From assembly GCA_021779375.1 (NCBI GenBank), contig JAJYAT010000006.1, positions 33,515 through 97,514 of the forward strand: DNA of 64,000 bases, written 5' to 3'. The stretch's first letter is position 1; each line of letters opens with the position of its first letter. Below, in pieces: positions 8,676 to 17,844 of this stretch. Source of the stretch: a bacterium (GTDB taxonomy: Bacteria; Patescibacteriota; Gracilibacteria; JAHISY01). Under the pieces are notes generated by a model. It saw only the letters and a program-made list of their open reading frames with translations, did no database searches and was not told the origin of the DNA. The position numbers were made by a program, and so were the translations under genes.

Positions 8676-11315
8676 TTATTTCTTCTTCGGTTTCTCAATC
8701 TTCTTCACCTCTCCTCGCTCCTCCACCTCACTCCAACGGGTGATTTTTTCCTCGACCTCGAGGCGTGGACGCGCGTATCTTTCGCGGGAAAATTTAATTA
8801 CTTTCTCACGCCTGCCCGGTTCGATATTGCCGCCGAGTGGCGCCAGCGTCGCTGCGGAAAATGGCTGGCTCGGCATACCGTCGATTAGGAGTTTGGTGTA
8901 GAGATTGTACTTCGGCAGCTGCACGAGATCGTTTGGCAGTGCGATTTCGCTGAATTGCTGCGAGATGTATTCCGCATCGTCGAAGCCGACTTGAAATGCG
9001 AGCAGCGAGCCGACATTGCCGAAGACGGCATCGCTGACTTCTTCCGGCATTTGCGCGATGTATTGATTCGCCATCGTGAGATTCAGCCGATATTTGCGCG
9101 CTTCGGAGAGAATCGTCGCGAAAGCGTCGGTAGCGAAATTCTGAAATTCATCGACGTACAAGTAAAAATCAACGCGTTCTTTTTCCGGGATATTGGAACG
9201 ACTCATCGCGTCCAGCTGAAATTTCGTAATAATCATCGAGCCGAGCAGGCTGGAATTGTCCTCGCCGATTTTGCCTTTCGAGAGATTGCAGACGAAGATT
9301 TTTTTCCGGTCCATCGCGAAACGCAGGTCAATCATCGACTTCGGCTGACCGACGATGTTGCGGATGATGGAGGACGAGAGGAATTGTCCGACCTTATTCT
9401 GAATCGGCGCAATCGCTTCTGTGCGCTGGCGTTCCTGCATTTTTTCAAATTCGTCCGCCCAGAATTTTTTTACGATTGGGTCGGAAATCTGACGCACGAC
9501 TTTTTTGCGAAATTTGTCGTCGACGAGCATGCGCGGGATGCCGAGCATCGTCATACCCGGACTTTCGAGCAGAGAGAGAATCGTGTTACGCAAAATGTGT
9601 TCGAGGCGCGGTCCCCAACTCTCAGCGTAGAGTTTCTTGAAAATGCCGACCAAACCCGATGCGACGACTGAGCTCATCGCCGGGTCGATATTCTCGAGCA
9701 TGTTGAAAGCGACTGGAAAATCGCGATCGGACGGATCAAAGACGATCACGTCATTCGTGCGGTTCGCCGGAATATTATCGAGAATCGTGTCGGCGAGATC
9801 GCCGTGCGGATCGACGACTGCGACGCCTTTGCCTGCGCGAATATCGGAAATAATCATGTTTTCAAGCAGAGTCGATTTGCCCATGCCGGTCTTTCCGATG
9901 ATGTAGACATGGCGGCGGCGATCTTCCTGGCGAATGCCGAAGAGTTTGTCGGCGCCGCGATAATTCGTCTTGCCGAGCGTCGTCACTTCCCTCTCGCGCG
10001 CCGGATCAGGCAGGTCGAGCGGCGGTTCGAGCTTCTTCGAATTCACCCAAAAAATATTAGGCGTCTTCACCTCGAGATTCGGCAAATGGAAAACAGTCGC
10101 CAGTTCCTCGGTGTTCAGCACGAAAGAATCTTCGAGCGCACGTTCGCGGAAGCGGCGCAAAATTTCTTGACCACCAATTTGTCCAATCTCGAAACCATTC
10201 AAATGCGGCTGATTGAATTGGCGAAAGGCGCCGGAGAGCTCGCGGACTTTGACTTGCGCGGTCGCGCGGTCCGGCAGCGTCGGCACGAAAAGTACGCGAA
10301 TCGCGACATCGAAAGGCAGCTTCACGACTTTGTCCATCACGGCGTCATGCGCTGACTCGCGGTCGTGGCTCGCACTCGAGAGTTCATCCAGGACATCACC
10401 ACTGCTCATCTCGCTGGAAAATTGAATCTTCGAGCCAGCCATGAGTCCCTGGAAAAAGAAGAGAATATAAAATGGAAAGAAGACGATGCGGGGCCAGAGT
10501 GCGCGCGTCATGAAAGCATGCGCGTACATTTTTTGCAGACGGTCGATGCCGAAGAAAATATTTTTGCCGAGGATACGGGCGCACTTCGTCGCGCGAATGC
10601 GCCACCAATTTTGCAGCGGGCGCGCTACGATTTGCACCGCAGCGAGATCATTCGCGCCGGGCAATTTCATCAAAGCCGAAGTGATACTCGCGAGCGGATC
10701 GACGGCAGTGCGCGTGATTTTGTCTTCGAATTGGGAATGGCGCTTGATCGGATAAATGTCCGGATCGGTCAAGCGCAGCTCCGCGCCGAGCGCGTGGGCG
10801 AAAGGATCGAGCGGTTCGAATTTTGTGTCGCTCGGACCGAGATTGGCTTCGACCGCCGCCAAACTTCTGGACTCGGACACTTCGGGTAATTCATCGGGCT
10901 GGCGAATTTCCACTTTTTTCGGTGCGAGATAATCGGCGACCTCCTCAATCTCGATGTCGGGATATTGTGCGTAAATTTGACCCTCGACGAAATTGCGCAG
11001 ATGCCGTGGCGCGTGCACGAAAAACTTGATTTGACCTTCGACGTTCGCGATTTCGAAGGCGAAATTTTCGACGGTCACGCCGCGCAGCTTCTCAAAAAGC
11101 GAAATCCGGTGGTCGATGCCGTGCAGTACGGCGAACATTTGCTCGGCGACAATCGGCAATTTTTCATTCAAGCGCGAGACGCGAATCGAGAGCAAGACAT
11201 TTTTTTGTGCTCGGCGAAAACGCGCTTGCTGGAAGATGAAGAAAATTTTCCCGGCGAAAAACAGCACGATAATCCCAGCCAGAATTATCGCGATTTGGAG
11301 AAAAGTTTCTACCAT
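8676..11315 (-). CDS. Membrane-anchored P-loop ATPase, TraD/VirD4 (type IV coupling protein)-like
   Basis: 879 aa. N-terminal TM helix, Walker A IIGKTGMGKSTLL, Walker B-like FYLYVDEFQNF, and about 450 aa of N-terminal sequence I cannot assign. Confidence 0.6.
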   Translation of the reverse strand: MVETFLQIAIILAGIIVLFFAGKIFFIFQQARFRRAQKNVLLSIRVSRLNEKLPIVAEQMFAVLHGIDHRISLFEKLRGVTVENFAFEIANVEGQIKFFVHAPRHLRNFVEGQIYAQYPDIEIEEVADYLAPKKVEIRQPDELPEVSESRSLAAVEANLGPSDTKFEPLDPFAHALGAELRLTDPDIYPIKRHSQFEDKITRTAVDPLASITSALMKLPGANDLAAVQIVARPLQNWWRIRATKCARILGKNIFFGIDRLQKMYAHAFMTRALWPRIVFFPFYILFFFQGLMAGSKIQFSSEMSSGDVLDELSSASHDRESAHDAVMDKVVKLPFDVAIRVLFVPTLPDRATAQVKVRELSGAFRQFNQPHLNGFEIGQIGGQEILRRFRERALEDSFVLNTEELATVFHLPNLEVKTPNIFWVNSKKLEPPLDLPDPAREREVTTLGKTNYRGADKLFGIRQEDRRRHVYIIGKTGMGKSTLLENMIISDIRAGKGVAVVDPHGDLADTILDNIPANRTNDVIVFDPSDRDFPVAFNMLENIDPAMSSVVASGLVGIFKKLYAESWGPRLEHILRNTILSLLESPGMTMLGIPRMLVDDKFRKKVVRQISDPIVKKFWADEFEKMQERQRTEAIAPIQNKVGQFLSSSIIRNIVGQPKSMIDLRFAMDRKKIFVCNLSKGKIGEDNSSLLGSMIITKFQLDAMSRSNIPEKERVDFYLYVDEFQNFATDAFATILSEARKYRLNLTMANQYIAQMPEEVSDAVFGNVGSLLAFQVGFDDAEYISQQFSEIALPNDLVQLPKYNLYTKLLIDGMPSQPFSAATLAPLGGNIEPGRREKVIKFSRERYARPRLEVEEKITRWSEVEERGEVKKIEKPKKK

Positions 11316-11393
11316 TTTGTTTCAAAAATCTCGCTTATTTTGCCTGAAAAAGTTATTTTTCGCGAGGTTTAGAGTTTGTTCTTAAAAAATTAC

Positions 11394-11756
11394 TTAATTG
11401 AGTTGTGCCTTTTTAAGTCTCCATTGTTCTAGACACAGTGCTTTAATTCGACTTCTGACATCATCAGCCATATCTTTATATTTCTTAATCAAATTTGTGA
11501 GGGCTTTTTTAACTTCACTAGGATAAATGTAAGTATTAGGGTCAAAAGCAAGAAGAGAATCTTCAAGATTTTTCAAATAGCTTATTAGATTATCAAGATT
11601 GTCCCAATAATCATCCAGAAGATTTTCATGGGATACCCAGCTTTCATCAATCTCTTTTCGAATATATTGAAGCGCTAATCGTATTTTTTCTCTCTGGTCT
11701 GATTGATCTGAATTATCTAATTCGGTTGCTTTAATCATCGCTTGTAAGTCATCCAT
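11394..11756 (-). CDS. Hypothetical acidic helical protein (AT-rich orphan)
   Basis: 120-aa ORF in a visibly AT-rich ~450-bp segment between GC-richer genes. No motif recognised. Confidence 0.4.
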   Translation of the reverse strand: MDDLQAMIKATELDNSDQSDQREKIRLALQYIRKEIDESWVSHENLLDDYWDNLDNLISYLKNLEDSLLAFDPNTYIYPSEVKKALTNLIKKYKDMADDVRSRIKALCLEQWRLKKAQLN

Positions 11757-11802
11757 TTTAAAAAAATATTAAGAGTTGATTTTAGCCTTTAACTCTATTT
11801 TT

Positions 11803-12465
11803 TCAAGCGCCGAGTAGGATTGTGAACTCTCCGCGAATTGGTTTGGATTTCAAAAATTCGCTGGCTTCGGTCAGATTGCCGCGAAAAAATTCTTCGTGGA
11901 TTTTGGTCAGTTCGCGCGCGAATACGACTTGCCGCGCGCCGCCCAAGATTTCTGCCATTTGGGAAATGGTTTTCTGAATGCGGTGCGGCGATTCGTAAAA
12001 AATAATCGTTTCACTTCGGTCACGCAGGCTTTCAATCAATTTCGCGCGACCTTTTTTCAAAGGCAAAAATCCGAGAAAAATGAATTTATCCATGCGTAGT
12101 CCGCTGGCGGAGAGCGCGGCGATAGTGGCGCAGGCGCCTGGAATCGGCACGACTTCGATTTCTTCCTCGATGGCTTTTCGGATTAGCGCGAAGCCTGGAT
12201 CGGAGATACCCGGCGTACCCGCTTCGGAAATCAGCGCGACGGATTTACCCGTTTTCAGTTCCGCCAAAATTTTCTCAAGCTCACGTTCGTTTGAGTGCGC
12301 GTGAAACGCGACGAGTTTCGCGTGAATGTCGAATTTGCTAAATAATTTCAGCGCGGTGCGCGTGTCCTCCGCGGCGACGATGTCAGCTTTTTGCAGAGTC
12401 TCAATCGCGCGCAAAGTGATGTCTCCCAGATTGCCGATCGGTGTGGCAACAATAAAAAGGCTCAT
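11803..12465 (-). CDS. rsmI: 16S rRNA (cytidine1402-2'-O)-methyltransferase
   Basis: 220 aa. The N-terminus LFIVATPIGNLGDITLRAIETLQKADIVAAEDTR is the canonical RsmI tetrapyrrole-methylase-like signature. Confidence 0.85.
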   Translation of the reverse strand: MSLFIVATPIGNLGDITLRAIETLQKADIVAAEDTRTALKLFSKFDIHAKLVAFHAHSNERELEKILAELKTGKSVALISEAGTPGISDPGFALIRKAIEEEIEVVPIPGACATIAALSASGLRMDKFIFLGFLPLKKGRAKLIESLRDRSETIIFYESPHRIQKTISQMAEILGGARQVVFARELTKIHEEFFRGNLTEASEFLKSKPIRGEFTILLGA

Positions 12466-12579
12466 TTTAAGAATTAAGTTGGTAGGTTAGTAAGGAATAA
12501 GCTGATTTTAGCTTAAAACTAAAACGCTCCGCACACCATAAAAACTTACTTCTTATTTCTTAATCCTTACTCTTAATCC
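12466..12579 (-). repeat. Intergenic promoter cassette, copy B (reverse strand): TAAG heptads + conserved core + CTTACTAAC leader, upstream of rsmI
   Basis: On the minus strand, TAAG repeats correspond to plus-strand CTTA at 12545, 12552, 12559, 12566 and 12572. The core is at 12501-12534 with TAAAAT at 12505-12510. CTTACTAAC is at 12486-12494. The heptad-to-TAAAAT distance is 34 nt, against 35 nt in copy A. Confidence 0.6.
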
Positions 12580-12829
12580 TTTTCGCTTTTCTAAAATTTT
12601 TGCGTTTTACGGTCCGCTTGAATTTCCAAGAAAACCACCACATTTTGACGCGCTTCCAAATTTGGCGGAGGTGCCAAACGACTCTGCGACCGTGGCGCGG
12701 TGAGATTAGGAAAATTCCGGCGATAATCGCGAGGATCCCCTGTCCCGGCGTGACGAGCATGATGATGCCAGCGAAAATTAAAATTCCGCCGCCGATGATT
12801 TCGAGAAAACGTCTGAGTTTCTTCTTCAT
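12560..12829 (-). CDS. Small two-TM membrane protein (PGPGW-like)
   Basis: 89 aa. Two hydrophobic helices around TPGQG and a basic C-terminal tail. The last codons run into the heptad array of cassette copy B. Confidence 0.45.
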   Translation of the reverse strand: MKKKLRRFLEIIGGGILIFAGIIMLVTPGQGILAIIAGIFLISPRHGRRVVWHLRQIWKRVKMWWFSWKFKRTVKRKNFRKAKRIKSKD

Positions 12830-13161
12830 TTTCGAGCAACCGTGATGGCTGGTGCCGTGGCGTAATACGGCTCCAGATTAGCCACTTTTTTAAATTTCAA
12901 ATCAGTTTTGCGTCGCGCTGATAGTTCACAATGCGTGAGTAATTTGACCGCGTTTCCGACGAGACAAGCTGTCCGTACTGCCGTGAAATTACCCGGACCG
13001 ACGACGACGGCGAGCTCGTCTTCGGCTGTGACTTTCAATCTTGCGAGCTTTTGGATTAATCGTGCTCCACAATCTCGGCGTGCGTGGGCGAATTGCAAAA
13101 TTCGTCCGTCGACTTCGAGCGTCGTGAATTCGGTGTGTGTGGGATCGAGCAAAATTTTCAC
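12826..13161 (-). CDS. Short TsaB-like protein (t6A biosynthesis, N-terminal ASKHA half only)
   Basis: 111 aa. VVVGPGNFTAVRTA resembles the TsaB GPGSFTGLR motif. The protein is about half the usual TsaB length. ATGA overlap with the next gene. Confidence 0.45.
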   Translation of the reverse strand: MKILLDPTHTEFTTLEVDGRILQFAHARRDCGARLIQKLARLKVTAEDELAVVVGPGNFTAVRTACLVGNAVKLLTHCELSARRKTDLKFKKVANLEPYYATAPAITVARK

Positions 13162-13183
13162 GCGTCGAATTTTACTTTAAAAA

Positions 13184-13462
13184 TCAGCGTTTAGTCGTGA
13201 TTTTACCGCGTGAATTTTTGCGTAGTTTCGCGAGCAATTTTTTATGTTTGGTTTTTTGGACGATGAGCGCTGAGCGGTGAAGTGCGCCGACGAGATCGCT
13301 CATTTCACCAATCAACATCTCATCGCCTTCATCCTCGAAACGCGCGAGTAGTTTTTGCGCCGTTGCGAGCAGATTGGAGTCGCCGCTTGTTCGAATTTTG
13401 CGACAGACAAAATGCGCTTTTTCGTGGTTACTCTCGTCCGGAATTAGTTTGAAGAAACGCAT
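13184..13462 (-). CDS. Hypothetical protein
   Basis: 92-aa ORF packed between neighbours on the same strand. No motif recognised. Confidence 0.35.
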   Translation of the reverse strand: MRFFKLIPDESNHEKAHFVCRKIRTSGDSNLLATAQKLLARFEDEGDEMLIGEMSDLVGALHRSALIVQKTKHKKLLAKLRKNSRGKITTKR

Positions 13463-13465
13463 TAT

Positions 13466-14434
13466 TTAGGAATTTTGAGGAGTAGGTGTGAAAACTTTTT
13501 CGGGTGCGGATTTTTGGACATTTTTGACAGTTTCAATTACGCCCAATTTATCGAGTAAATGCGAATTTTTCGCGAGTAGGTCTGAGCTGGCGTCATCAAT
13601 CCGGAGTGTCTGGACTGGATACGGAATGTCGATTCCGGCATCCACTAGCGCATTGAAAACATCGCGCGTGATTTCCGACTTCACCACCCACCATTTCACT
13701 TTGCTTTCGGTCCAATAACGAATTTTCAAAGTGACGGAGCTGTCGGCCAGACCGTCAATCAAAACTACGACAGCCGGCTCGGGCTGGACGCTCGGATTGG
13801 CTTTGACGACTTTTTCGGTCAGCTCACACGCTTCTTTGAGGTTGCAGCCGTAGCCGACGCTCATCAGGACTTCGTGTCGACGAATTGGATTGCGCGTGTA
13901 GCATTTCACGACAGAATCAATCATTTGAGAATTGGGAATCGTAATTTCGCTGCCATCTCCTGCCCGGATTGAGGTCGCGCGGGATTGAATATCGACGATG
14001 CGACCGGAGGTAGCGGAAACGCCGCTCGAGTCTGGATTGACGATGACGAAATCGCCCAAATTAAATTTATTATTTGAAAGTAGGACTACGCCAGCGAAAA
14101 AATTCGCAATGAAGCTCTGCAGTGCGAAAGCGACGCCGAGACCGACTCCGCCCGAAAACCATTCCAGCGGAGCACCCATGATGATCAGGGCGACCGTGAT
14201 GCCAATCGTAAGCGTAATCGTGAAAGTCATGCGACCGTAGAGGACGCGCACTTCTTCGTGTCCTTCGCCCTGCCGTGCGCGAATGATGCGCTGTACCCAA
14301 GATCGTAAAAAAGTCGCCAGGAAAAAGGTTAGGACAAACATCACAATACCGACCGCAATATTGGAAATCATAGGTGGCACGACAGATGTCGTTTCCTTGG
14401 TGGCTGCGTAGGCGACTGGTATTAAGAAACTCAT
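13466..14434 (-). CDS. Mechanosensitive ion channel, MscS family
   Basis: 322 aa. Three N-terminal TM helices, pore-helix-like GLGVAFALQSFIANFFAGVVLL, then a beta-domain (GDFVIV...GRIVDIQSRATSIR). Confidence 0.75.
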   Translation of the reverse strand: MSFLIPVAYAATKETTSVVPPMISNIAVGIVMFVLTFFLATFLRSWVQRIIRARQGEGHEEVRVLYGRMTFTITLTIGITVALIIMGAPLEWFSGGVGLGVAFALQSFIANFFAGVVLLSNNKFNLGDFVIVNPDSSGVSATSGRIVDIQSRATSIRAGDGSEITIPNSQMIDSVVKCYTRNPIRRHEVLMSVGYGCNLKEACELTEKVVKANPSVQPEPAVVVLIDGLADSSVTLKIRYWTESKVKWWVVKSEITRDVFNALVDAGIDIPYPVQTLRIDDASSDLLAKNSHLLDKLGVIETVKNVQKSAPEKVFTPTPQNS

Positions 14435-14474
14435 ATTTTGATTTTTGTTTTGAAATTAGGACAGTTTATCACTT

Positions 14475-14503
14475 TTGAAAGCTAAAATCAAGCCTGCTAA
14501 AAT
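14475..14503 (+). promoter_or_regulatory. Promoter TTGAAA-17 nt-TAAAAT, 7 nt upstream of the rfbC ATG
   Basis: TTGAAA at 14475-14480, TAAAAT at 14498-14503, ATG at 14511. The TTG used by the ORF track as a start is the -35 hexamer. Confidence 0.5.
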
Positions 14504-14510
14504 CAAACAA

Positions 14511-14966
14511 ATGATTGACGGTGTGCAGATTTTCGCGATTCAAAAACATGCGGACGACCGTGGTTTTCTTGCAGAAATTTGGCGCGCGTCGAAATTGGAA
14601 GGCTTCACACCGCGACAAATGAATTTCACCGTCGCTCATCCCGGCGTAATCAAGGCTTTTCATTTCCACAAAAAACAATCCGATCTGTGGTTCTGCACCA
14701 GCGGCAATCTCGAAGCCGTACTTTTCGACCGACGCAAAAATTCGCCCACTTTCGGGCAAACCCAAAAGATTGTTTTGGGCGAACACAATTCAGCTGCGGT
14801 TTTGATCCCGCCGGAAGTCGCGCACGGTTATCGCGTACTCGGTGCGAAAGCAGCCGGACTGATTTATCTCGTCGACCAAGAATATGATTCAGCGAATCCT
14901 GACGAGGGCAGAATTGCGCATGATGATTCGGAAATTGGCTTTAATTGGCAAACTCTACCGAGGTAG
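14511..14966 (+). CDS. rfbC: dTDP-4-dehydrorhamnose 3,5-epimerase-like cupin
   Basis: HADDRGFLAEIWR and VLIPPEVAHGYRVLG resemble RmlC motifs. The ATG at 14511 is preferred over the TTG at 14475 (see the promoter entry). Confidence 0.7.
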   Translation: MIDGVQIFAIQKHADDRGFLAEIWRASKLEGFTPRQMNFTVAHPGVIKAFHFHKKQSDLWFCTSGNLEAVLFDRRKNSPTFGQTQKIVLGEHNSAAVLIPPEVAHGYRVLGAKAAGLIYLVDQEYDSANPDEGRIAHDDSEIGFNWQTLPR

Positions 14967-14985
14967 TGTTAGTGGATAGTGGATT

Positions 14986-15357
14986 ATGATTAAAAAATTT
15001 GAAGATTTGACGGTTTATCAAAAAGCGTTCGACGTAGTTATTGGTATTTATCGTGCCACGGAAAAATTTCCCGCAGAGGAAAAATTTGGGCTTACAAATC
15101 AGATGCGACGATCGGCTGTTTCAATTATTTCAAACATTGCCGAGGGAAGCATGCGATTGAGTAGTTTGGAATTTAGGCAATTCGTAGGAATCGCGCGCGG
15201 TTCGGTTGGGGAATTAAGAAGCCAAGTTAGTATTGCTAGAGAGTTAGGATTTGTCGATTCTGAGTTGGCAGAAAATATTTCCGCAAAGCTAGACGAGGTT
15301 GGGAAAATGCTCACCGTTTTAGTCCGATCCTTGAAAGATAAATCCCTCGCCCTCTAA
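14986..15357 (+). CDS. Four-helix-bundle protein (23S rRNA intervening-sequence / Avd-like family)
   Basis: 123 aa. FEDLTVYQKAFDVV...GLTNQMRRSAVSIISNIAEG is the family signature. It is inserted between rfbC and rfbB. Confidence 0.75.
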   Translation: MIKKFEDLTVYQKAFDVVIGIYRATEKFPAEEKFGLTNQMRRSAVSIISNIAEGSMRLSSLEFRQFVGIARGSVGELRSQVSIARELGFVDSELAENISAKLDEVGKMLTVLVRSLKDKSLAL

Positions 15358-15368
15358 CACTAACACTA

Positions 15369-16331
15369 ATGCCTAACACTATTCTAGTTACTGGCGGTTG
15401 CGGATTCATCGGTTCGCATTTTTTGCGGCAAATTTTAGCCGAGACTGATTTCCGCATCGTGAATCTCGACGCGTTGACTTACGCCGGTCGTGCGGAAAAT
15501 TGCGCGGATTTTGCTGATAATGCGAACTACAAATTCGTGCACGGCTCAATTACCGACAAAAAATTAGTTGGGGGAATCGTTGCGCAGTGCGACGCGGTCG
15601 TGAATTTCGCGGCGGAGTCGCACGTCGATAATTCTATCGCCCACCCTGAGATTTTCGTCGAGACAAATGTACTCGGCACGCAAATTTTGCTCGATGCGGC
15701 GCGCAAATTTGAGTTGAAAAAATTCGTCCAGATCTCGACTGACGAAGTCTATGGCGATTTACCACTTGATTCAGTTGAAAAATTTACCGAGCATTCCGAG
15801 CTGAAACCAAGCTCGCCTTACTCTGCGTCGAAGGCGGCGGCGGACATGCTCTGTCTCGCAGCGCACCGGACTTTCGGTCAGCCAATCGTGATCTCGCGCT
15901 GCTCGAATAACTACGGCACACACCAGCTCGCGGAAAAACTCATGCCACTGACGATTTCCCGTGCGCTCAGAAACGAGCGCATTCCGATTTACGGCGACGG
16001 CAAAAATGTACGCGATTGGATTCATGTCGCTGATCACGCGGCGGCGATTCGCCTGATTCTGGAAAAAGGCCGAGTCGGCGAGATTTACAATGTCGGCGCG
16101 TCGAATGAAATCGCGAATTTGGACTTGGTTAAAATGCTCCTCAAAATTCTCGGTAAATCTGAGGACTTACTCGAATTCGTCGCGGATCGCCCCGGGCACG
16201 ACCGACGTTACGCGATTGATTCAAACAAAATTCAGGCAGAATTAAATTGGCGACCGACACACACTGACTTCGCAAAAGAATTGGTGGAGGTTGTAGAGTG
16301 GCACAAGAAAATTTTAAATTTTAAATTTTAA
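15369..16331 (+). CDS. rfbB: dTDP-glucose 4,6-dehydratase
   Basis: 320 aa. Rossmann motif GGCGFIGS, catalytic YSASKAA, and a full-length SDR extended-family pattern. Confidence 0.9.
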   Translation: MPNTILVTGGCGFIGSHFLRQILAETDFRIVNLDALTYAGRAENCADFADNANYKFVHGSITDKKLVGGIVAQCDAVVNFAAESHVDNSIAHPEIFVETNVLGTQILLDAARKFELKKFVQISTDEVYGDLPLDSVEKFTEHSELKPSSPYSASKAAADMLCLAAHRTFGQPIVISRCSNNYGTHQLAEKLMPLTISRALRNERIPIYGDGKNVRDWIHVADHAAAIRLILEKGRVGEIYNVGASNEIANLDLVKMLLKILGKSEDLLEFVADRPGHDRRYAIDSNKIQAELNWRPTHTDFAKELVEVVEWHKKILNFKF

Positions 16332-16333
16332 AT

Positions 16334-17056
16334 TTGAAGCTTGCTACCCATACCGTCGTCGGCTTCCCGGATCTCGCGACTTCGCTCAAAATTGCCGAAA
16401 TTCTCGCGGCGCATTCTGCGATTGTCGAGCTGCAGATTCCTTTTTCTGATCCGGTCGCCGATGGTCCGACGATCACTGCGGCGAATGCGGTCGCGCTCGG
16501 GCAAAAAGTCACTCCGTCCAAATGTTTCGCTTTCGCGGCGCAACTCAGCAAAAAATTTCCCGCGACGGATTTTTTCCTGATGACGTATTTCAACACGATT
16601 CTGCATTTCGGTCTGGAAAAATTCGCAGTCGCGGCGCGCCAAGCGGGCGTGCGCGGTTTCGTCGTCCCAGATTTACCAGTCGAAGAAGCGGGAGAATTGC
16701 TCGCGATTTGTCGAAAAAATGGACTGCATTTGATTTTCGTAGTCGCGCCCAATACGCCCGACGAGCGACTGAAATTGATTGCGCAAAAATCGACGGGCTG
16801 GATTTACGCGACGGCGCGGCTCGGTATCACCGGTTCGGCGACCGAATTTGGCAAGGATTTGACGAAATTTCTGGCGCGGATTCAGAAGTTTTACCAGGCG
16901 GAAATCGGCGTCGGTTTCGGTGTGAAATCAAAATCCGATTTACAAAAAATTCAAAAAGCGGGCGGACAAATTGGGATTGTCGGCAGCGAGCTTTTCCGGC
17001 AATTTGAAAAAGGCGGACTTCCCGGACTGGAGCAATTCTTGAAAAGTTTGCGCTAA
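16334..17056 (+). CDS. trpA: Tryptophan synthase alpha chain
   Basis: 240 aa, TTG start 2 nt after the rfbB stop. ELQIPFSDPVADGPTI and a C-terminal GIVGSELF-type phosphate-binding region. Confidence 0.8.
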   Translation: MKLATHTVVGFPDLATSLKIAEILAAHSAIVELQIPFSDPVADGPTITAANAVALGQKVTPSKCFAFAAQLSKKFPATDFFLMTYFNTILHFGLEKFAVAARQAGVRGFVVPDLPVEEAGELLAICRKNGLHLIFVVAPNTPDERLKLIAQKSTGWIYATARLGITGSATEFGKDLTKFLARIQKFYQAEIGVGFGVKSKSDLQKIQKAGGQIGIVGSELFRQFEKGGLPGLEQFLKSLR

Positions 17057-17748
17057 TTCTTCAGCGGATTACCCAAGAAGCGCGCATCCAGGAAAGTGAA
17101 GTGTTGTGAGCCGTTTTCCTGCCAGAAACGTGCGAAGACGACGAAGGCGCGACCTTCGATTTCATCGTGCGCAAGGAAGTGGTCACTTTCGCTAGCGCAG
17201 CTCGACTCGAAGCAGGCGCGTGAATCGCGGCTGCCGATGCGGTTGTCCCCCATCACGAAATAATCGTCGGCGGGAACCTTGATGTCGATGGTTTCAGCTT
17301 TGGCAGCAGCATCACAAAAATTCGTCAGACAGGTATTGCCGTAATTTTGCGGCGCGAGAAAACTCTCGTCGAGCTTCTGAAATTCGCCTGAGCCTTTGTC
17401 GATCCAGACAAATCCTCCGGAAAAACGCACCGTCTCGCCTGGTAGGCCGATTACGCGCTTGATGAGATAATTTTCCGAGCGTGGCGGTTTGAAGACGACG
17501 ATGTCGTTGCGTTCGTATTTTTGACCGAATAAATAAGGGGTTTTCCAAACGATAATGAATTCGCCGTTCAAAACATTGGGCGTCATCGACTGCTGCTCGA
17601 CTCGAAACGGCGCGAAGAAAAACGGCTTGATGACGAGCAGGACGATGGCGAAAATCACGATGACGTCGGAAACGAAATCAACCAACGCAGCCGCAAGCGG
17701 CGAGAGTTTCTTATTTTGCGGGAGTTTCATTTCGCGGAAAATCTTCAT
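17053..17748 (-). CDS. lepB: Signal peptidase I
   Basis: 231 aa. N-terminal TM helix, catalytic Ser box EQQSMTPN, Lys box YLIKRVIGLPGE, and GDNRIGSRDSR. Confidence 0.85.
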   Translation of the reverse strand: MKIFREMKLPQNKKLSPLAAALVDFVSDVIVIFAIVLLVIKPFFFAPFRVEQQSMTPNVLNGEFIIVWKTPYLFGQKYERNDIVVFKPPRSENYLIKRVIGLPGETVRFSGGFVWIDKGSGEFQKLDESFLAPQNYGNTCLTNFCDAAAKAETIDIKVPADDYFVMGDNRIGSRDSRACFESSCASESDHFLAHDEIEGRAFVVFARFWQENGSQHFTFLDARFLGNPLKN

Positions 17749-17794
17749 TGCATTTTTGCGGGCGGATTATACCGGAAAGTTTTGGGTTTCCAGT

Positions 17795-17823
17795 TTGCTT
17801 TTTTACGAAGATTATCGTAAAAT
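17795..17823 (+). promoter_or_regulatory. Candidate promoter TTGCTT-17 nt-TAAAAT
   Basis: TTGCTT at 17795-17800, TAAAAT at 17818-17823, 21 nt upstream of the ATG at 17845. Confidence 0.4.
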
Positions 17824-17844
17824 GACAGAATTTAAAAAATCAAG

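Noticed and set aside
14475-14510. TTG at 14475 as the rfbC start, and likewise TTG at 38038 as the start of the CsoR-family gene
   Set aside because: Both TTGs are the first bases of -35 hexamers (TTGAAA, TTGACA) with properly spaced -10 boxes. In-frame ATGs follow at 14511 and 38089.
14986-15357. Diversity-generating retroelement, suggested by the Avd-like four-helix-bundle gene
   Set aside because: The window contains no reverse transcriptase ORF. I found no template/variable repeat pair with A-specific mismatches. The large repeat at 58-64 kb is exact rather than A-mutated.
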